Positions 1 to 9,856 of a stretch of 64,000 nt of DNA are shown piece by piece (position 1 is the stretch's first letter; each line of letters begins with the position of its first letter). The stretch is from Fibrobacteria bacterium (lineage in GTDB: Bacteria > Fibrobacterota > Fibrobacteria > UBA11236). The notes below the pieces were generated by a model, which was not told where the DNA came from, searched no databases, and was given only the letters and a program-made list of their open reading frames with translations. The translations under genes were made by a program, and so were the position numbers. The stretch lies in contig JAYTSD010000017.1 in assembly GCA_043745805.1 (NCBI GenBank), forward strand, positions 160,001 through 224,000. The letters are read 5' to 3'.

Positions 1-516
1 GTAGAAAATTCTAAAATTGGACTTTATCTCCTCTTTGGATTGTTAATGACTATTGTTTTAGGATTTGGCATTTGGTGGAAGCTTAGAAGGAATAAAAATG
101 GTGTTGCGATGGATAAGCCTCGCTTACCTCCATTTGAAGAAGCCTTAGAATATTTGAAAAACTTAAGGCAAGAAAAATTAATCGCGCAAAACAAAAGCAA
201 AAACTTTTGCTTTCAATTGTCTGAAGTTTTACGTCGTTATTTAGATAGACGTTTTGCCTCGGCAACTTTAGAAAGTACCACGAGCGAGTTTTTGCAAAAA
301 TTAAACAGCTTACCTTTAACGGTTTTACAAAAGGAATGGATTGCACGCTTTTGTGAAAAAACTGATTTTGTAAAATTTGCAAATGCGATGCTAACAGAAG
401 CAGAAGGCGAAGAACTTTTACAGCAAGTGGAAAAATTTCTTCAGCAAACCAAACCGACGGAAACAGAAAATAAAGGTAACCCAGAGAATACCCCTCATTC
501 AGAAGGGAGAGCTTAA
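1..516 (+). CDS. Bat-operon membrane protein upstream of batA (5'-truncated by window edge)
   Basis: Frame 1 is open from base 1 (VENSKIGLYLLFGLL...). One TM segment, then a helical domain (LSEVLRRYL...ESTTSE...DFVKFA) typical of the gene preceding batA. Stop overlaps batA start (TAATG). Confidence 0.7.
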   Translation, partial: VENSKIGLYLLFGLLMTIVLGFGIWWKLRRNKNGVAMDKPRLPPFEEALEYLKNLRQEKLIAQNKSKNFCFQLSEVLRRYLDRRFASATLESTTSEFLQKLNSLPLTVLQKEWIARFCEKTDFVKFANAMLTEAEGEELLQQVEKFLQQTKPTETENKGNPENTPHSEGRA

Positions 517-1514
517 TGAATCTCCCACATTTTCAAAACCCATGGTTTTTATTGGCTCTATTTGTATTGCCTATATTAATTTGGGATTATTTTCATAAAC
601 AACAAAAGCGAAAAGCCAGTATTCGCTTCCCTTCTCTGCAAATTGTGAAACGTATTCCACAAGGTTGGGCTTATAAAGCGCGGCATTCCCTGCTGGTTTT
701 AAGACTTTGTGCCATTGCCTTACTCAGTATTGCCTTAGCAAGACCACAATGGGGCGAATCCATTGAAGATATTAGTACTAATGGCGTAGATATCATGTTG
801 GCATTGGATATTTCCAGTTCTATGCGTACGATGGACTTTAAACCGAATAATCGACTTTTTGTCGCCAAACAAGTGATAGAAGATTTTGTACTGGGTCGTA
901 AACACGATAGAATCGGTTTGGTGGTTTTTTCGGGAAAAAGTTTTACGCAATGCCCTTTAACTTTAGATTATGGAATTCTTACGCAATTTTTACAAAGAAC
1001 CGATTTCGGGATGGTGGAAGATGGTACAGCCATTGGAACCGCTATTTTAAATGGTGTAAATCGTTTAAGAAATAGTGATGCAAAAAGTAAAATCATAATT
1101 CTCTTAACCGACGGATCTAATAATTCCGGTGAAGTAGATCCCATAACCGCAGCAAAGGCGGCACAGGCATTAGGGATAAAAATTTATACCATTGGAGTGG
1201 GAAAAGATGGTGATCAGCCTTTAGAAATAGACGATCCTATTTTTGGAAAACGTATAGTGAGCGTGCGTACCGATGTGGATGTAAATATTTTGAAACAAAT
1301 TGCAGAGAGTACCCATGCTAAATTTTATCGCGCACAAGATGCCGAAGCCTTAGTGGATATTTATCAGAATATTGATAAGCTGGAAAAAACGGAAATCAAG
1401 ACGACTAGTTATTATCGCTATCATGAACTCTTTTATAATATTGCTATTGCTAGTCTTATACTTATTCTGCTGGAAATAGTTCTCGCTAATACAAGGTTTA
1501 TGAAAATCCCATGA
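516..1514 (+). CDS. batA: BatA, membrane-anchored vWA domain protein
   Basis: N-terminal F-x-N-P-W TM start, LARPQ, MIDAS DISSS, GTAIG, LLTDG, IYTIGVG, C-terminal TM; position in operon. Confidence 0.9.
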   Translation: MNLPHFQNPWFLLALFVLPILIWDYFHKQQKRKASIRFPSLQIVKRIPQGWAYKARHSLLVLRLCAIALLSIALARPQWGESIEDISTNGVDIMLALDISSSMRTMDFKPNNRLFVAKQVIEDFVLGRKHDRIGLVVFSGKSFTQCPLTLDYGILTQFLQRTDFGMVEDGTAIGTAILNGVNRLRNSDAKSKIIILLTDGSNNSGEVDPITAAKAAQALGIKIYTIGVGKDGDQPLEIDDPIFGKRIVSVRTDVDVNILKQIAESTHAKFYRAQDAEALVDIYQNIDKLEKTEIKTTSYYRYHELFYNIAIASLILILLEIVLANTRFMKIP

Positions 1515-2536
1515 GATTTGGTTCCCCACAAAGCCTTTGGCTGCTTTTATTATTGCCTATTATGGCTGGATTTTTTCTTTATGCTTATCGACGCAAAAGA
1601 AAAACCTTGCAGCGCTTTGCGCAAGTAGAGATGCTGCGCAAAATGACAGATCAAATTTCCTATTGGAGACAAGGGTTAAAATCAATAATGCTTTTGTTAG
1701 GACTTTTTTTCCTAATCATTGCTTTAAGTCGTCCGCAATGGGGCACTAAAATGGAACTCATGAAACGCAAAGGCTTAGACATTGTTATCGCGGTGGATGT
1801 TTCCCTATCCATGTATGCCGAAGATATTAAACCCAATCGCCTAGCAAGAGCCAAACAAGAAATAGGAAAATTTGTTGATCGCTTAAGTGGTGATCGCGTG
1901 GGACTAGTCGCTTTTGCAGGAGATGCTTTTATGCAATGTCCGTTAACTACGGATTATAGTGCCTTAAAAATATTTTTAGATGTCCTAGGTCCTGACCTCA
2001 TTGAAACTCCTGGCACATCTTTGGGAGCGGCTTTAGAAACCTCCATGAAAGCTTTTGATCCCAAAGAAAGAAAATATCGCGTTATTTTATTATTAACCGA
2101 CGGTGAAGAAAATAATGAGCATGCCGAAAAATATGCGGAAGAAGCCGCTAAGCTAGGTATTTCGATATTTACCGTAGGCATTGGATCTTTAAATGGCGTT
2201 CCCATTCCCTTAAAAGATGGTCAAGGTAATGTGAATTATAAAAAAGATCCCGATGGAAATATTGTCACAACAAAATTGGATGAAGATGTATTGTTAAAAA
2301 TTGCTTCCGCGACCAATGGAAAATATTATCATGCAGAACCCGGACGCTTTGAATTAGAAGAAGTACTAAAACAAATTAATACTATGGAAAAGCGAGAATT
2401 AGAAGGACAAAAACTAACACAGTATGAAGATCGTTTTCAAATCCCTTTAATCTTGGCTTTTATCTGTTTATTACTAGAAATGTTAATTCCCGATCGTAAA
2501 AAAAGGAAAACCGAATGGACGGGACGATTCTCATGA
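1511..2536 (+). CDS. batB: BatB, membrane-anchored vWA domain protein
   Basis: LSRPQWG, MIDAS DVSLS, PNRL, VAFAG, CPLTTDY, LLTDGE; ATGA overlap with batA. Confidence 0.88.
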   Translation: MRFGSPQSLWLLLLLPIMAGFFLYAYRRKRKTLQRFAQVEMLRKMTDQISYWRQGLKSIMLLLGLFFLIIALSRPQWGTKMELMKRKGLDIVIAVDVSLSMYAEDIKPNRLARAKQEIGKFVDRLSGDRVGLVAFAGDAFMQCPLTTDYSALKIFLDVLGPDLIETPGTSLGAALETSMKAFDPKERKYRVILLLTDGEENNEHAEKYAEEAAKLGISIFTVGIGSLNGVPIPLKDGQGNVNYKKDPDGNIVTTKLDEDVLLKIASATNGKYYHAEPGRFELEEVLKQINTMEKRELEGQKLTQYEDRFQIPLILAFICLLLEMLIPDRKKRKTEWTGRFS

Positions 2537-3396
2537 AAAATTTTAAAGGCTTTTTTATTGTCGGCTTTATCTGCCTTATGGGTTCTTTATTGCCAGCTAA
2601 TTTATGGGCGCAGGATTCGAATTCTATAAGTGCAGAAAATAACTCCTCTCCTCGTTTATCGACATGGTTTCGCGGGACATTGCAAGCTCTGCATTTAAGC
2701 CCATCTCCCCTTAAGGAAGCGCAAAAAGCTTATGCCAATGGCGATTATGATTTGGCGGTGCAAAAGTTTTCTGAAGCCGAACTCGATCATCCTAATTCTC
2801 AAGCCTTGGCTTATAATACCGGCAATGCATTATTCAAAAAAAAGCAATACGACTTGGCTATACCGGCATTTAAAAAAGCTTTAAATGGAACCGATACTAA
2901 AGTGGCCGCGGCCGCCTATTATAATTTAGGGAATGCGCATTTTCGTAAAGGGGAATTTGCCATTCAAAGTGGTAAGCAAGAAGGTTTACAAGATTATCGC
3001 GAAGCCATGGCAAATTATAAAAAGTCATTGGAAATTATTCCACAAAATATCGATGCGAAGCGTAATGTTGAAGTCGTACAAGCACGCATCAAAGAATTAC
3101 TTGATAGACAAAAACAGGATCAAAAAGATCAACAAAAAAACAATCAACCTCCTCCTGAACCCAGCGAAAAGGCTAAAGCGGTTTTAGCGCGCGCTATGCA
3201 ATTAGTTGAACAAAGAAAGTATGCCGAGGCAAAGAATATTTTAGAACAAATTATTCAAGAAGATCCTACCGCTGCCAGTTATAAATCGCATGTACAGCGT
3301 ATTGACGATGTGGAAAAAATCCTCCGTGGTGAAATACCAACCGCTCCCAAAAGTCAAGACCCAAGAGCACAACAAAATGGCGTGGGTGTGATATGA
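2533..3396 (+). CDS. BatC-like exported TPR protein (TPR half)
   Basis: Signal peptide; TPR motifs YNTGNALF, YYNLGNAHF, YKKSLEIIPQNIDAKRN. Start placed at ATG 2533 (ATGA overlap with batB stop) rather than 2515. Confidence 0.75.
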   Translation: MKNFKGFFIVGFICLMGSLLPANLWAQDSNSISAENNSSPRLSTWFRGTLQALHLSPSPLKEAQKAYANGDYDLAVQKFSEAELDHPNSQALAYNTGNALFKKKQYDLAIPAFKKALNGTDTKVAAAAYYNLGNAHFRKGEFAIQSGKQEGLQDYREAMANYKKSLEIIPQNIDAKRNVEVVQARIKELLDRQKQDQKDQQKNNQPPPEPSEKAKAVLARAMQLVEQRKYAEAKNILEQIIQEDPTAASYKSHVQRIDDVEKILRGEIPTAPKSQDPRAQQNGVGVI

Positions 3397-4010
3397 AATT
3401 AAGCAAACTTATGAGCCATACTTTTGGATTTGTTTTTTTATTGTTGGGCTCCACATTTGCAAAAATGGCGGATGATTATTTACATGCGGCTTCGGCTAAA
3501 TATATTGGTGGACGCATGCAAGAAGCAGGTATTGAAGTGGAAGAAGGCTTACGCCAATACCCAAATGACGCGAAGTTGAAAAACTTAAATGGACTGCTAA
3601 AACAAATGAAGGATCAGCAGAATAAAGATCAACAAAAAAACGATCCGCAAAATCAGGATCAAAAAGACAAGCAAGACAAAGAAAACAAAGACAAAAATCA
3701 AAATGGCCAGGGTGAGCAAAAACCCAAGGATCAAAAAGATTCCGCCCAAGATAAAAAGTCGAAAGAGGATAAAAAGCAGGACGCAAAACCTGAAGATAAA
3801 AAACCGCAACCAAATCCATCGGATAGCGCACAAAATAAAGATCCCAAAGATAGCGCAAAAGGCGAAAATGGAAAAGCACCACTTCCAGGAGAAATGAGCA
3901 AGGAAGATGCTGAGCGTTTATTAAATTCTTATCAGGATGATGAAAAGAAAGAACATCGTAATATGCAAAACAAGCAAAGAAAGCGAGTACAAGTTGAAAA
4001 GGATTGGTAA
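3393..4010 (+). CDS. BatC-like exported protein (Q/K/D-rich linker plus conserved BatC C-terminus)
   Basis: Signal peptide, one TPR-like helix pair, low-complexity QDK region, tail MSKEDAERLLN...VEKDW resembling BatC. Confidence 0.7.
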   Translation: MKLSKLMSHTFGFVFLLLGSTFAKMADDYLHAASAKYIGGRMQEAGIEVEEGLRQYPNDAKLKNLNGLLKQMKDQQNKDQQKNDPQNQDQKDKQDKENKDKNQNGQGEQKPKDQKDSAQDKKSKEDKKQDAKPEDKKPQPNPSDSAQNKDPKDSAKGENGKAPLPGEMSKEDAERLLNSYQDDEKKEHRNMQNKQRKRVQVEKDW

Positions 4011-5790
4011 GCTTTTTTACCACCTCTTTTTTTCGGGATTATTTTTGGTTTCTGGGGTAAACGCTGAAATCTTAAATGCGACGGCATCATTATCTTCCGG
4101 TCAGGCGGGAACGGGAGAGGCGATACAATTGACGGTACAAATCGCCACTGACGAGCAAGCTGCAAAACTGCCTTGGCCTCAAATTGAGGGATTAGGTAAC
4201 TTTACGGTAACTAAAAACTCAGGGTCTTCAGCTAATTCTCAAACGACTATTATTAATGGCAAGATTTCACAGTCTTCCGTTTATGTTACCAATTTTATCT
4301 ATACTCTCGTTTCCAACAAACCCGGAACTTATTCCATTGGACCCATTAGCTATAGTTATAAAAACTTTACAAAAACTTTAGGTAGCGCAAGTATTACCAT
4401 TAGCAAGCAAGAATCGGGTTTACAATTAGTGCCGAGCCTATCAAAACGGCAAGCTTATGTTGGGGAGCAGTTAACTTATATGTTACGTATTATTCCTAAT
4501 GCGAATGTACAAAAGGTAACGCCTCCCGATTTTCAAAAAGTCATAGGTGAAAAGTTTTGGTTCCAACACTTAGACAAAGATGTGCAAGCAAAAAATGTGG
4601 TGATCAATGGTCAAAATGCTAGAGTATTTGATGTGCGCATAGTGCTTTTTCCTTTGCTTAGTGGAACAACGGAATTACCTGGTGTGTCCGTTGATTATCA
4701 ACAAATTTCAAGAAGCACGCGAAGACATCGTACCGGATCGATTTTTGATATGCTGGATGATGATGCCTTTTTTGGTGGTGGATCGATTGCCAATTTAACG
4801 GCACAAAGTAGCCCTATGAGCTTGGAAATAAAACCCTTGCCAGGAGGTGCTCCCAGTGATTTTTCGGGTGCGGTTGGGCAATATACTTTGTCCGCAAATA
4901 TTGATAAAAACACCTTGGCTTCAGGTGAGGCTTTGACTTTAACTATTACGATTAAGGGAAATGGTGAGCCGAAAACCATAACTAAACCCTTATTACCTGA
5001 TCTTTCTTCATTCGAAATTTTTGATCCCGAAATTAATTCTAGCACCAATGTAATTGGTAATACTTTGTGGACCACTAAAACTTTTAAATATGTATTAGTG
5101 CCACATAGAGTAGGCAATACGGAAATTGGTCCTATAGGTTTTTCTTTTTTCAATTCCGAAAAAGGAATTTACACTTCAGCAAAATCGCAACCCTATTCCA
5201 TTACTATTAAGCAAGGCAAGGAAATGGAACAACCTCGCAGCTTGGTATCAAATCAAAAGGAAATTACCGAATTAGGATCGGATATTCGTCATATCAAAGG
5301 AAATACCACGGTGCTAATTCGTGAGAATAATTATCTCTATAAGCATTTTGGTTTTTGGTTTCTGTTCTCCCTCGCTCCCCTAACCTATGCGGGCTTGATG
5401 ATTTTTCGGCGTAGACAAATATTGCTGGCTTCGGATGCTTCTTTAAAGCGTAAAAGTCTTGCGAGTTCGGCTTTGAAGAAAAGAATGAAAGAAGCTCGCG
5501 AAGCGATGCAACAAAGCAAAGGTTCGGCTTTTTATAAAGCTTTGGATCAAGCTATTATTGGATTTATTAGTGATAAACTTAATGTTGAATTTCGCGGTTT
5601 AACGCTGCAAGATGCCAAGCAATTGTTGATACAAAAAGGCGCAAGCACACAAATAGCCGAGGAATATGAAGGTTTAATTCAACAATGTGATTTTGGACAG
5701 TTTTCTGGACAAGATAAAAATGAGGAGCATTGGAAAATGGCTCTGCAAAAAGCCGAAGACATTCTCTCTCGTTTGGAGAAAGAAATATGA
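3994..5790 (+). CDS. batD: BatD family protein
   Basis: Repeated Ig-like BatD units (YVGEQL, FSGAVGQY, GEALTLTITIKGNG), C-terminal TM and helical tail. In-frame TTG at 3994 precedes the signal peptide (ORF track starts at 3937). Confidence 0.85.
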   Translation: MKRIGKLFYHLFFSGLFLVSGVNAEILNATASLSSGQAGTGEAIQLTVQIATDEQAAKLPWPQIEGLGNFTVTKNSGSSANSQTTIINGKISQSSVYVTNFIYTLVSNKPGTYSIGPISYSYKNFTKTLGSASITISKQESGLQLVPSLSKRQAYVGEQLTYMLRIIPNANVQKVTPPDFQKVIGEKFWFQHLDKDVQAKNVVINGQNARVFDVRIVLFPLLSGTTELPGVSVDYQQISRSTRRHRTGSIFDMLDDDAFFGGGSIANLTAQSSPMSLEIKPLPGGAPSDFSGAVGQYTLSANIDKNTLASGEALTLTITIKGNGEPKTITKPLLPDLSSFEIFDPEINSSTNVIGNTLWTTKTFKYVLVPHRVGNTEIGPIGFSFFNSEKGIYTSAKSQPYSITIKQGKEMEQPRSLVSNQKEITELGSDIRHIKGNTTVLIRENNYLYKHFGFWFLFSLAPLTYAGLMIFRRRQILLASDASLKRKSLASSALKKRMKEAREAMQQSKGSAFYKALDQAIIGFISDKLNVEFRGLTLQDAKQLLIQKGASTQIAEEYEGLIQQCDFGQFSGQDKNEEHWKMALQKAEDILSRLEKEI

Positions 5791-6566
5791 AAAATATTTT
5801 TCCAAAAGCAAAATTTTTTCTGGCATTAATCATTTTGGCCCTCAATGCGAAATCAAGCTTTGCTTCGCAAGATATGGCCACCGCTTTTTTTAATCAAGCG
5901 AATGCGGCATATGAATATGGCGATTATGCAACGGCTGAAACCATGTATCGTAAAGCTGTTGATGAAGGTGTTGCCAATTCAAAACTCTTTTATAATTATG
6001 CCAATACTTTATTCCGCCTACATAAGCTTGGACCAGCGATTCAGTACTATGAAAAAGGATTAAAGTTATCGCCTGAAGATGAAGATATTCAATACAATTT
6101 AAAATTTGCCAATGCGCAAACTATCGACAAAAACCCAATCCTTGAAAATAATTTCTTCACTAAAGTCCTTTGGTTAATTCACTCCGCTTATTCTATTGCA
6201 CAAGGTTTATGGGCGATTTTACTGCTATTTTCAAGCATATTTCTTTTTGCAGCGATGGCTTTGTTTTTACCCGCAAAATTAAAACCCCTAGGTTATGGTT
6301 TAATGGTTTTGTCTATTTTTTCCATTTTGCTATTGATTCCTTCACTTTGGGTTAAAATCGATCAGCAGGAAAGTGCAAAGTATGCTATTGTTCTAAAACC
6401 CACCGCCGAAATGTTTAGCGGCCCGGGAGATAATTATCAGGTGCTTACCAAAGTGCATGAAGGCACTAAATTCGAAATCATTAATATTACCGGTGAATGG
6501 GTATCGGTGAAGTTACTGAGTGGTAAAGGCGGATTTGTAAAGGCAGCTGACTTAGGAAAGGTTTAA
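5787..6566 (+). CDS. batE: BatE, TPR plus SH3b domain protein
   Basis: TPR (YNYANTLF, YYEKGLKLSP, YNL), two TMs, SH3-like SGPG...VHEGTK...W..V. ATG 5787 has a GGAG RBS and overlaps the batD stop. Confidence 0.85.
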   Translation: MKNIFPKAKFFLALIILALNAKSSFASQDMATAFFNQANAAYEYGDYATAETMYRKAVDEGVANSKLFYNYANTLFRLHKLGPAIQYYEKGLKLSPEDEDIQYNLKFANAQTIDKNPILENNFFTKVLWLIHSAYSIAQGLWAILLLFSSIFLFAAMALFLPAKLKPLGYGLMVLSIFSILLLIPSLWVKIDQQESAKYAIVLKPTAEMFSGPGDNYQVLTKVHEGTKFEIINITGEWVSVKLLSGKGGFVKAADLGKV

Positions 6567-7616
6567 ATGTTTAAGTTCACTGTTTTGGCATTGCTTTCCA
6601 TGGCTGCATTTGGATTTGCGCAACATTCTGCCATAGTTGAATTACCCGATTCCATCGCCGCCGCAGGAACAACCGTACAATGGGTTAAAAAATTACCTAG
6701 CTATTGCGAAGGCCCTGCAATAGATGCCGAAGGAAATCTCTATTTTACGCAACAATCTGGAAATGTTTGGCCCGTTTGGAAAATAAACCCCAGTAACATA
6801 GCGGATACTGGGTCTATTTTCTTAAATACCAATCAAAATAATGGATTAGCTTTTGACGCAAAAGGTCGCTTAGTGGTCGCCCAAAAAGGGAAAATTGGGC
6901 GCTATTTAAAAAATGGGACTTTGGATTCGGTGCTTGGCGTATCGGGATCAGGCGCTACTTTTGGACAAGCCAATGATCTTTCTTTAGGCACTAATGGAGA
7001 CATTTACTTTACCGATTTAGCCAGCAATATTTTTTATATCGACGCAAGCCGTACCCTTAAAACCGCTATTACCGGCCTCAGTGGATGTAATGGCATAGAA
7101 TGGTTGGAAGAACAAAATGCCGTCTATGTTTTTGAAGGCGGTAAAAATCAAATCACTCGCCTCGATATTCAACCCAATGGAAATCTTGGCAATGCGCAAA
7201 AGTTCATTACGGTTACCGGTCCAGATGGCGGCGACGTGGATAGCCATGGAAACTGGTATATCGGCAGTTATTCCCAAGGTGCCGTATTAGTGTTCAATGC
7301 AGCGGCGCAACAAATCGGCAAAATTAGTTTTAAAATGACTGCTGGGATTTATGATACGCGCGCAGGTGATGCGGGTAATATTTGCAATTGCCATTTCGGT
7401 GGGGCCGATAGAAAAACTCTTTATTGCACTGGCGATGGCGGTGCATACAGTATTCAATTAAAAATCCCTGGAAGACAATGGGCTTCAAGTGTCTCCATAA
7501 ACAAATTAAACTACCGTAACCCTATTATTACCCACTCTGCCGAATATTTGGCTGATGGGAAAAAATCAAAGCCGCAGTCGCAACTAAACCTGAAGAAGTT
7601 TAAATCGGTCAAGTAA
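6567..7616 (+). CDS. Secreted SMP-30/gluconolactonase-family beta-propeller
   Basis: Signal peptide; EGP...GNLYFT, NGLAFD, ANDL...GDIYFTD, NGI, PDGGDVDSHGN, NCHFGG...TLY motifs; basic C-terminal tail. Confidence 0.85.
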   Translation: MFKFTVLALLSMAAFGFAQHSAIVELPDSIAAAGTTVQWVKKLPSYCEGPAIDAEGNLYFTQQSGNVWPVWKINPSNIADTGSIFLNTNQNNGLAFDAKGRLVVAQKGKIGRYLKNGTLDSVLGVSGSGATFGQANDLSLGTNGDIYFTDLASNIFYIDASRTLKTAITGLSGCNGIEWLEEQNAVYVFEGGKNQITRLDIQPNGNLGNAQKFITVTGPDGGDVDSHGNWYIGSYSQGAVLVFNAAAQQIGKISFKMTAGIYDTRAGDAGNICNCHFGGADRKTLYCTGDGGAYSIQLKIPGRQWASSVSINKLNYRNPIITHSAEYLADGKKSKPQSQLNLKKFKSVK

Positions 7617-7653
7617 GAGCAAAAATTTCTAAGGGGAAATAAAATTTCCTGCT

Positions 7654-8568
7654 TTAAGTATTCTCACCAGAATTTTGCACATGATCAAGAATACTTTTTT
7701 GATCACCGGCTTCTATCCAGTGAATAGGAATTCCCCTTTTTTCCATACCTCGAAAATAAGTTTCTTGCCTTTTGGCAAGATGACGAATTTCATTTTCTAA
7801 ATCCATAGCCATTTTATTATAAGATTTCTCGCCACATAAATACGCCGCAATTTCCCTGTATTCCATACCCAACAAGTCTAAACGGTGGCGTGATAATCCA
7901 TTTTCCATAAGCAGTTTCACTTCCTCTATCATACCGGATTGTAAACGCTGATGAAGCCTTTCGGCAATGCGCGCTTGCAATAAAGGTCTTTCCATTTTTA
8001 TCGCAAATACAGTGAAAGTAAAAGGTTCTTTTGGAAGTTCGCCGTAGGAAATTGGCGCCAATTTTTCGGCTTCCATAATTTCCAAGGCGCGGACAATTCT
8101 TTTTTTACTGCTTTTATCGGTACTATCCCAAAGCAAGCTTGAGGCTTCCTCTTGTAATTTATGCAATAATTCTGTTTGCGGAAGCTGAGATAATTCATTG
8201 CGCAAACTAAAGTTTTCGGGAATATTGGCAATACGATATTGCTTAAGCACCGCTTCGATATATAATCCGCTGCCGCCGCAAAGAATTATGGATGATGATT
8301 TTTGAGTATTTAAAATTTGATAAAAATCTTGTTGATAACGAAACAAACTATACACTTCATGCGGCTCAATAATATCGATTAAATGATAAGTAATGGCCTG
8401 AGCGTATTTTCGATATTCCTGTAAATCTTTACCGGATCCAATATCGAGACCTTTATACACTTGGCGAGAGTCTGCAGAAATAATTTCGCTATTTATTTTA
8501 TGGGCAATCTCCACCGCTAAGGCAGTTTTGCCCGTAGCAGTTGGCCCACATATTACTATCACATGCAT
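7654..8568 (-). CDS. miaA: tRNA dimethylallyltransferase (MiaA family, GKDL-type paralogue)
   Basis: GPTATGKT, ISADSRQVY, HLIDI, GGSGLY, RALEI, AKRQ. Confidence 0.9.
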   Translation of the reverse strand: MHVIVICGPTATGKTALAVEIAHKINSEIISADSRQVYKGLDIGSGKDLQEYRKYAQAITYHLIDIIEPHEVYSLFRYQQDFYQILNTQKSSSIILCGGSGLYIEAVLKQYRIANIPENFSLRNELSQLPQTELLHKLQEEASSLLWDSTDKSSKKRIVRALEIMEAEKLAPISYGELPKEPFTFTVFAIKMERPLLQARIAERLHQRLQSGMIEEVKLLMENGLSRHRLDLLGMEYREIAAYLCGEKSYNKMAMDLENEIRHLAKRQETYFRGMEKRGIPIHWIEAGDQKSILDHVQNSGENT

Positions 8569-8570
8569 AT

Positions 8571-9797
8571 TTATTCGGCCTTACCCAGAACCAGCGATAA
8601 TTTATTTCGCATCACATTTAACTGCTGTTCAGTTTTTGCCACTACGCACCAACCAATACGTTTTGGATGAACCTGTTGTTGGTTCTTTGTATAAATCAAA
8701 GGTGTGGTTAAGAAAATACCTTCTTGGTGAAGCGGATGGTAATTAATATCATCCAAAATATTTTCCCATTGCGCATAATTGGTGGGTAAAGTTAAAGCAT
8801 GGGTTGAGGGCAGTTGCCAAAGCAAATGTCTATCGGGTAATAATTTACTGATTTGATGGGCTGGAAAGGCCATGGAATATCGCGCATTAATATCGACCAG
8901 TGGACGTAACTTTAATGTTTCCTTATCTTTCCAGACATAAATATCAAAATTCACCGGCCCAAAATAGCCTTCCGTATAAAGTGCATTCGCTAAAGATGAA
9001 ATCGTTTTGTGTAATGAATTTTCCCAAGGCTTTAAAAATTTTTGCTCAGGATCAAGTTGTACGCCTAAGAAAACACCTTGTGCGGAATTGTGTAAGCGAT
9101 GAAAACGTGGAATGCTGATTTCACCTTGTTGTGATAATTCAAAAAAACAACCCATGTCTAAAACCCTTTCATGAAAAGGTTCTAAAACCACACAACCATT
9201 TTCATGTAAAAATTTTTGTACCACCTGTTCATCAGTGGCATTCATTCCCTCTCTGGAAATATAGCGATGCCCCGCGCCAGCATTACCGTGATTTGCTTTA
9301 ATCACCCACTGTTTTGGAGAGTCTTCAAATTTTTGTAAATGATTTTTTAAAATTTCTATTTCATAAAAAATGCCACCTTGCGACAAAGGTTGATCCAAAT
9401 TTTGTGAGGAAGAGATTTCTAAAGCACTTTCTAATGTAAAACTAAAACTCCTGCTATTGACCTTCGCAATAATTGCTGCAGAAGGGCAAGGTGTGGGATT
9501 ATTATGTAAATCATTCAAGGCGCACGTTTGTTTATTCCAGCCAAAAGGTTTAAAGTGAGACTGGACTTTAATTTGTGGGTATAATAAAGTTTGTGGGCAA
9601 ACCAAACCTATGCGTTTAAGATAGGTAAAATACTCTTGCGGAAAATTATAATGCGCTAATAAAGTATCGTCGGCTTCACAGGCAAAAAGATAGTGCATAC
9701 TTAATTCATGTAAAAAAGTATCTCCCTGTTGGGCTAAAAGAGAAGGTGTACCACGTAAGGTACGGTCAAATTCGGCATTAAAATAATAGGTATTCAC
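8571..9797 (-). CDS. ATP-grasp fold protein of unknown function
   Basis: WVIKANHGNAGAG, VVLEPF, GYFGPVNFD, DINAR (variant of EINPR). Confidence 0.65.
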   Translation of the reverse strand: MNTYYFNAEFDRTLRGTPSLLAQQGDTFLHELSMHYLFACEADDTLLAHYNFPQEYFTYLKRIGLVCPQTLLYPQIKVQSHFKPFGWNKQTCALNDLHNNPTPCPSAAIIAKVNSRSFSFTLESALEISSSQNLDQPLSQGGIFYEIEILKNHLQKFEDSPKQWVIKANHGNAGAGHRYISREGMNATDEQVVQKFLHENGCVVLEPFHERVLDMGCFFELSQQGEISIPRFHRLHNSAQGVFLGVQLDPEQKFLKPWENSLHKTISSLANALYTEGYFGPVNFDIYVWKDKETLKLRPLVDINARYSMAFPAHQISKLLPDRHLLWQLPSTHALTLPTNYAQWENILDDINYHPLHQEGIFLTTPLIYTKNQQQVHPKRIGWCVVAKTEQQLNVMRNKLSLVLGKAE

Positions 9798-9856
9798 GTA
9801 AAAATATTTTCACTAGCTAGTTTAATAATCATGGCATAATAAGGCATGGATATTTT

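Noticed and set aside
3600-3870. Repetitive CAAAA/GATAAA-rich tract resembling a repeat array
   Set aside because: It is the coding Q/K/D low-complexity linker of the BatC-like protein, with no constant repeat-spacer structure; not CRISPR
3496-4023. 175-aa antisense ORF and nested 78-aa ORF
   Set aside because: Shadow of the low-complexity sense gene; no RBS or recognisable motifs
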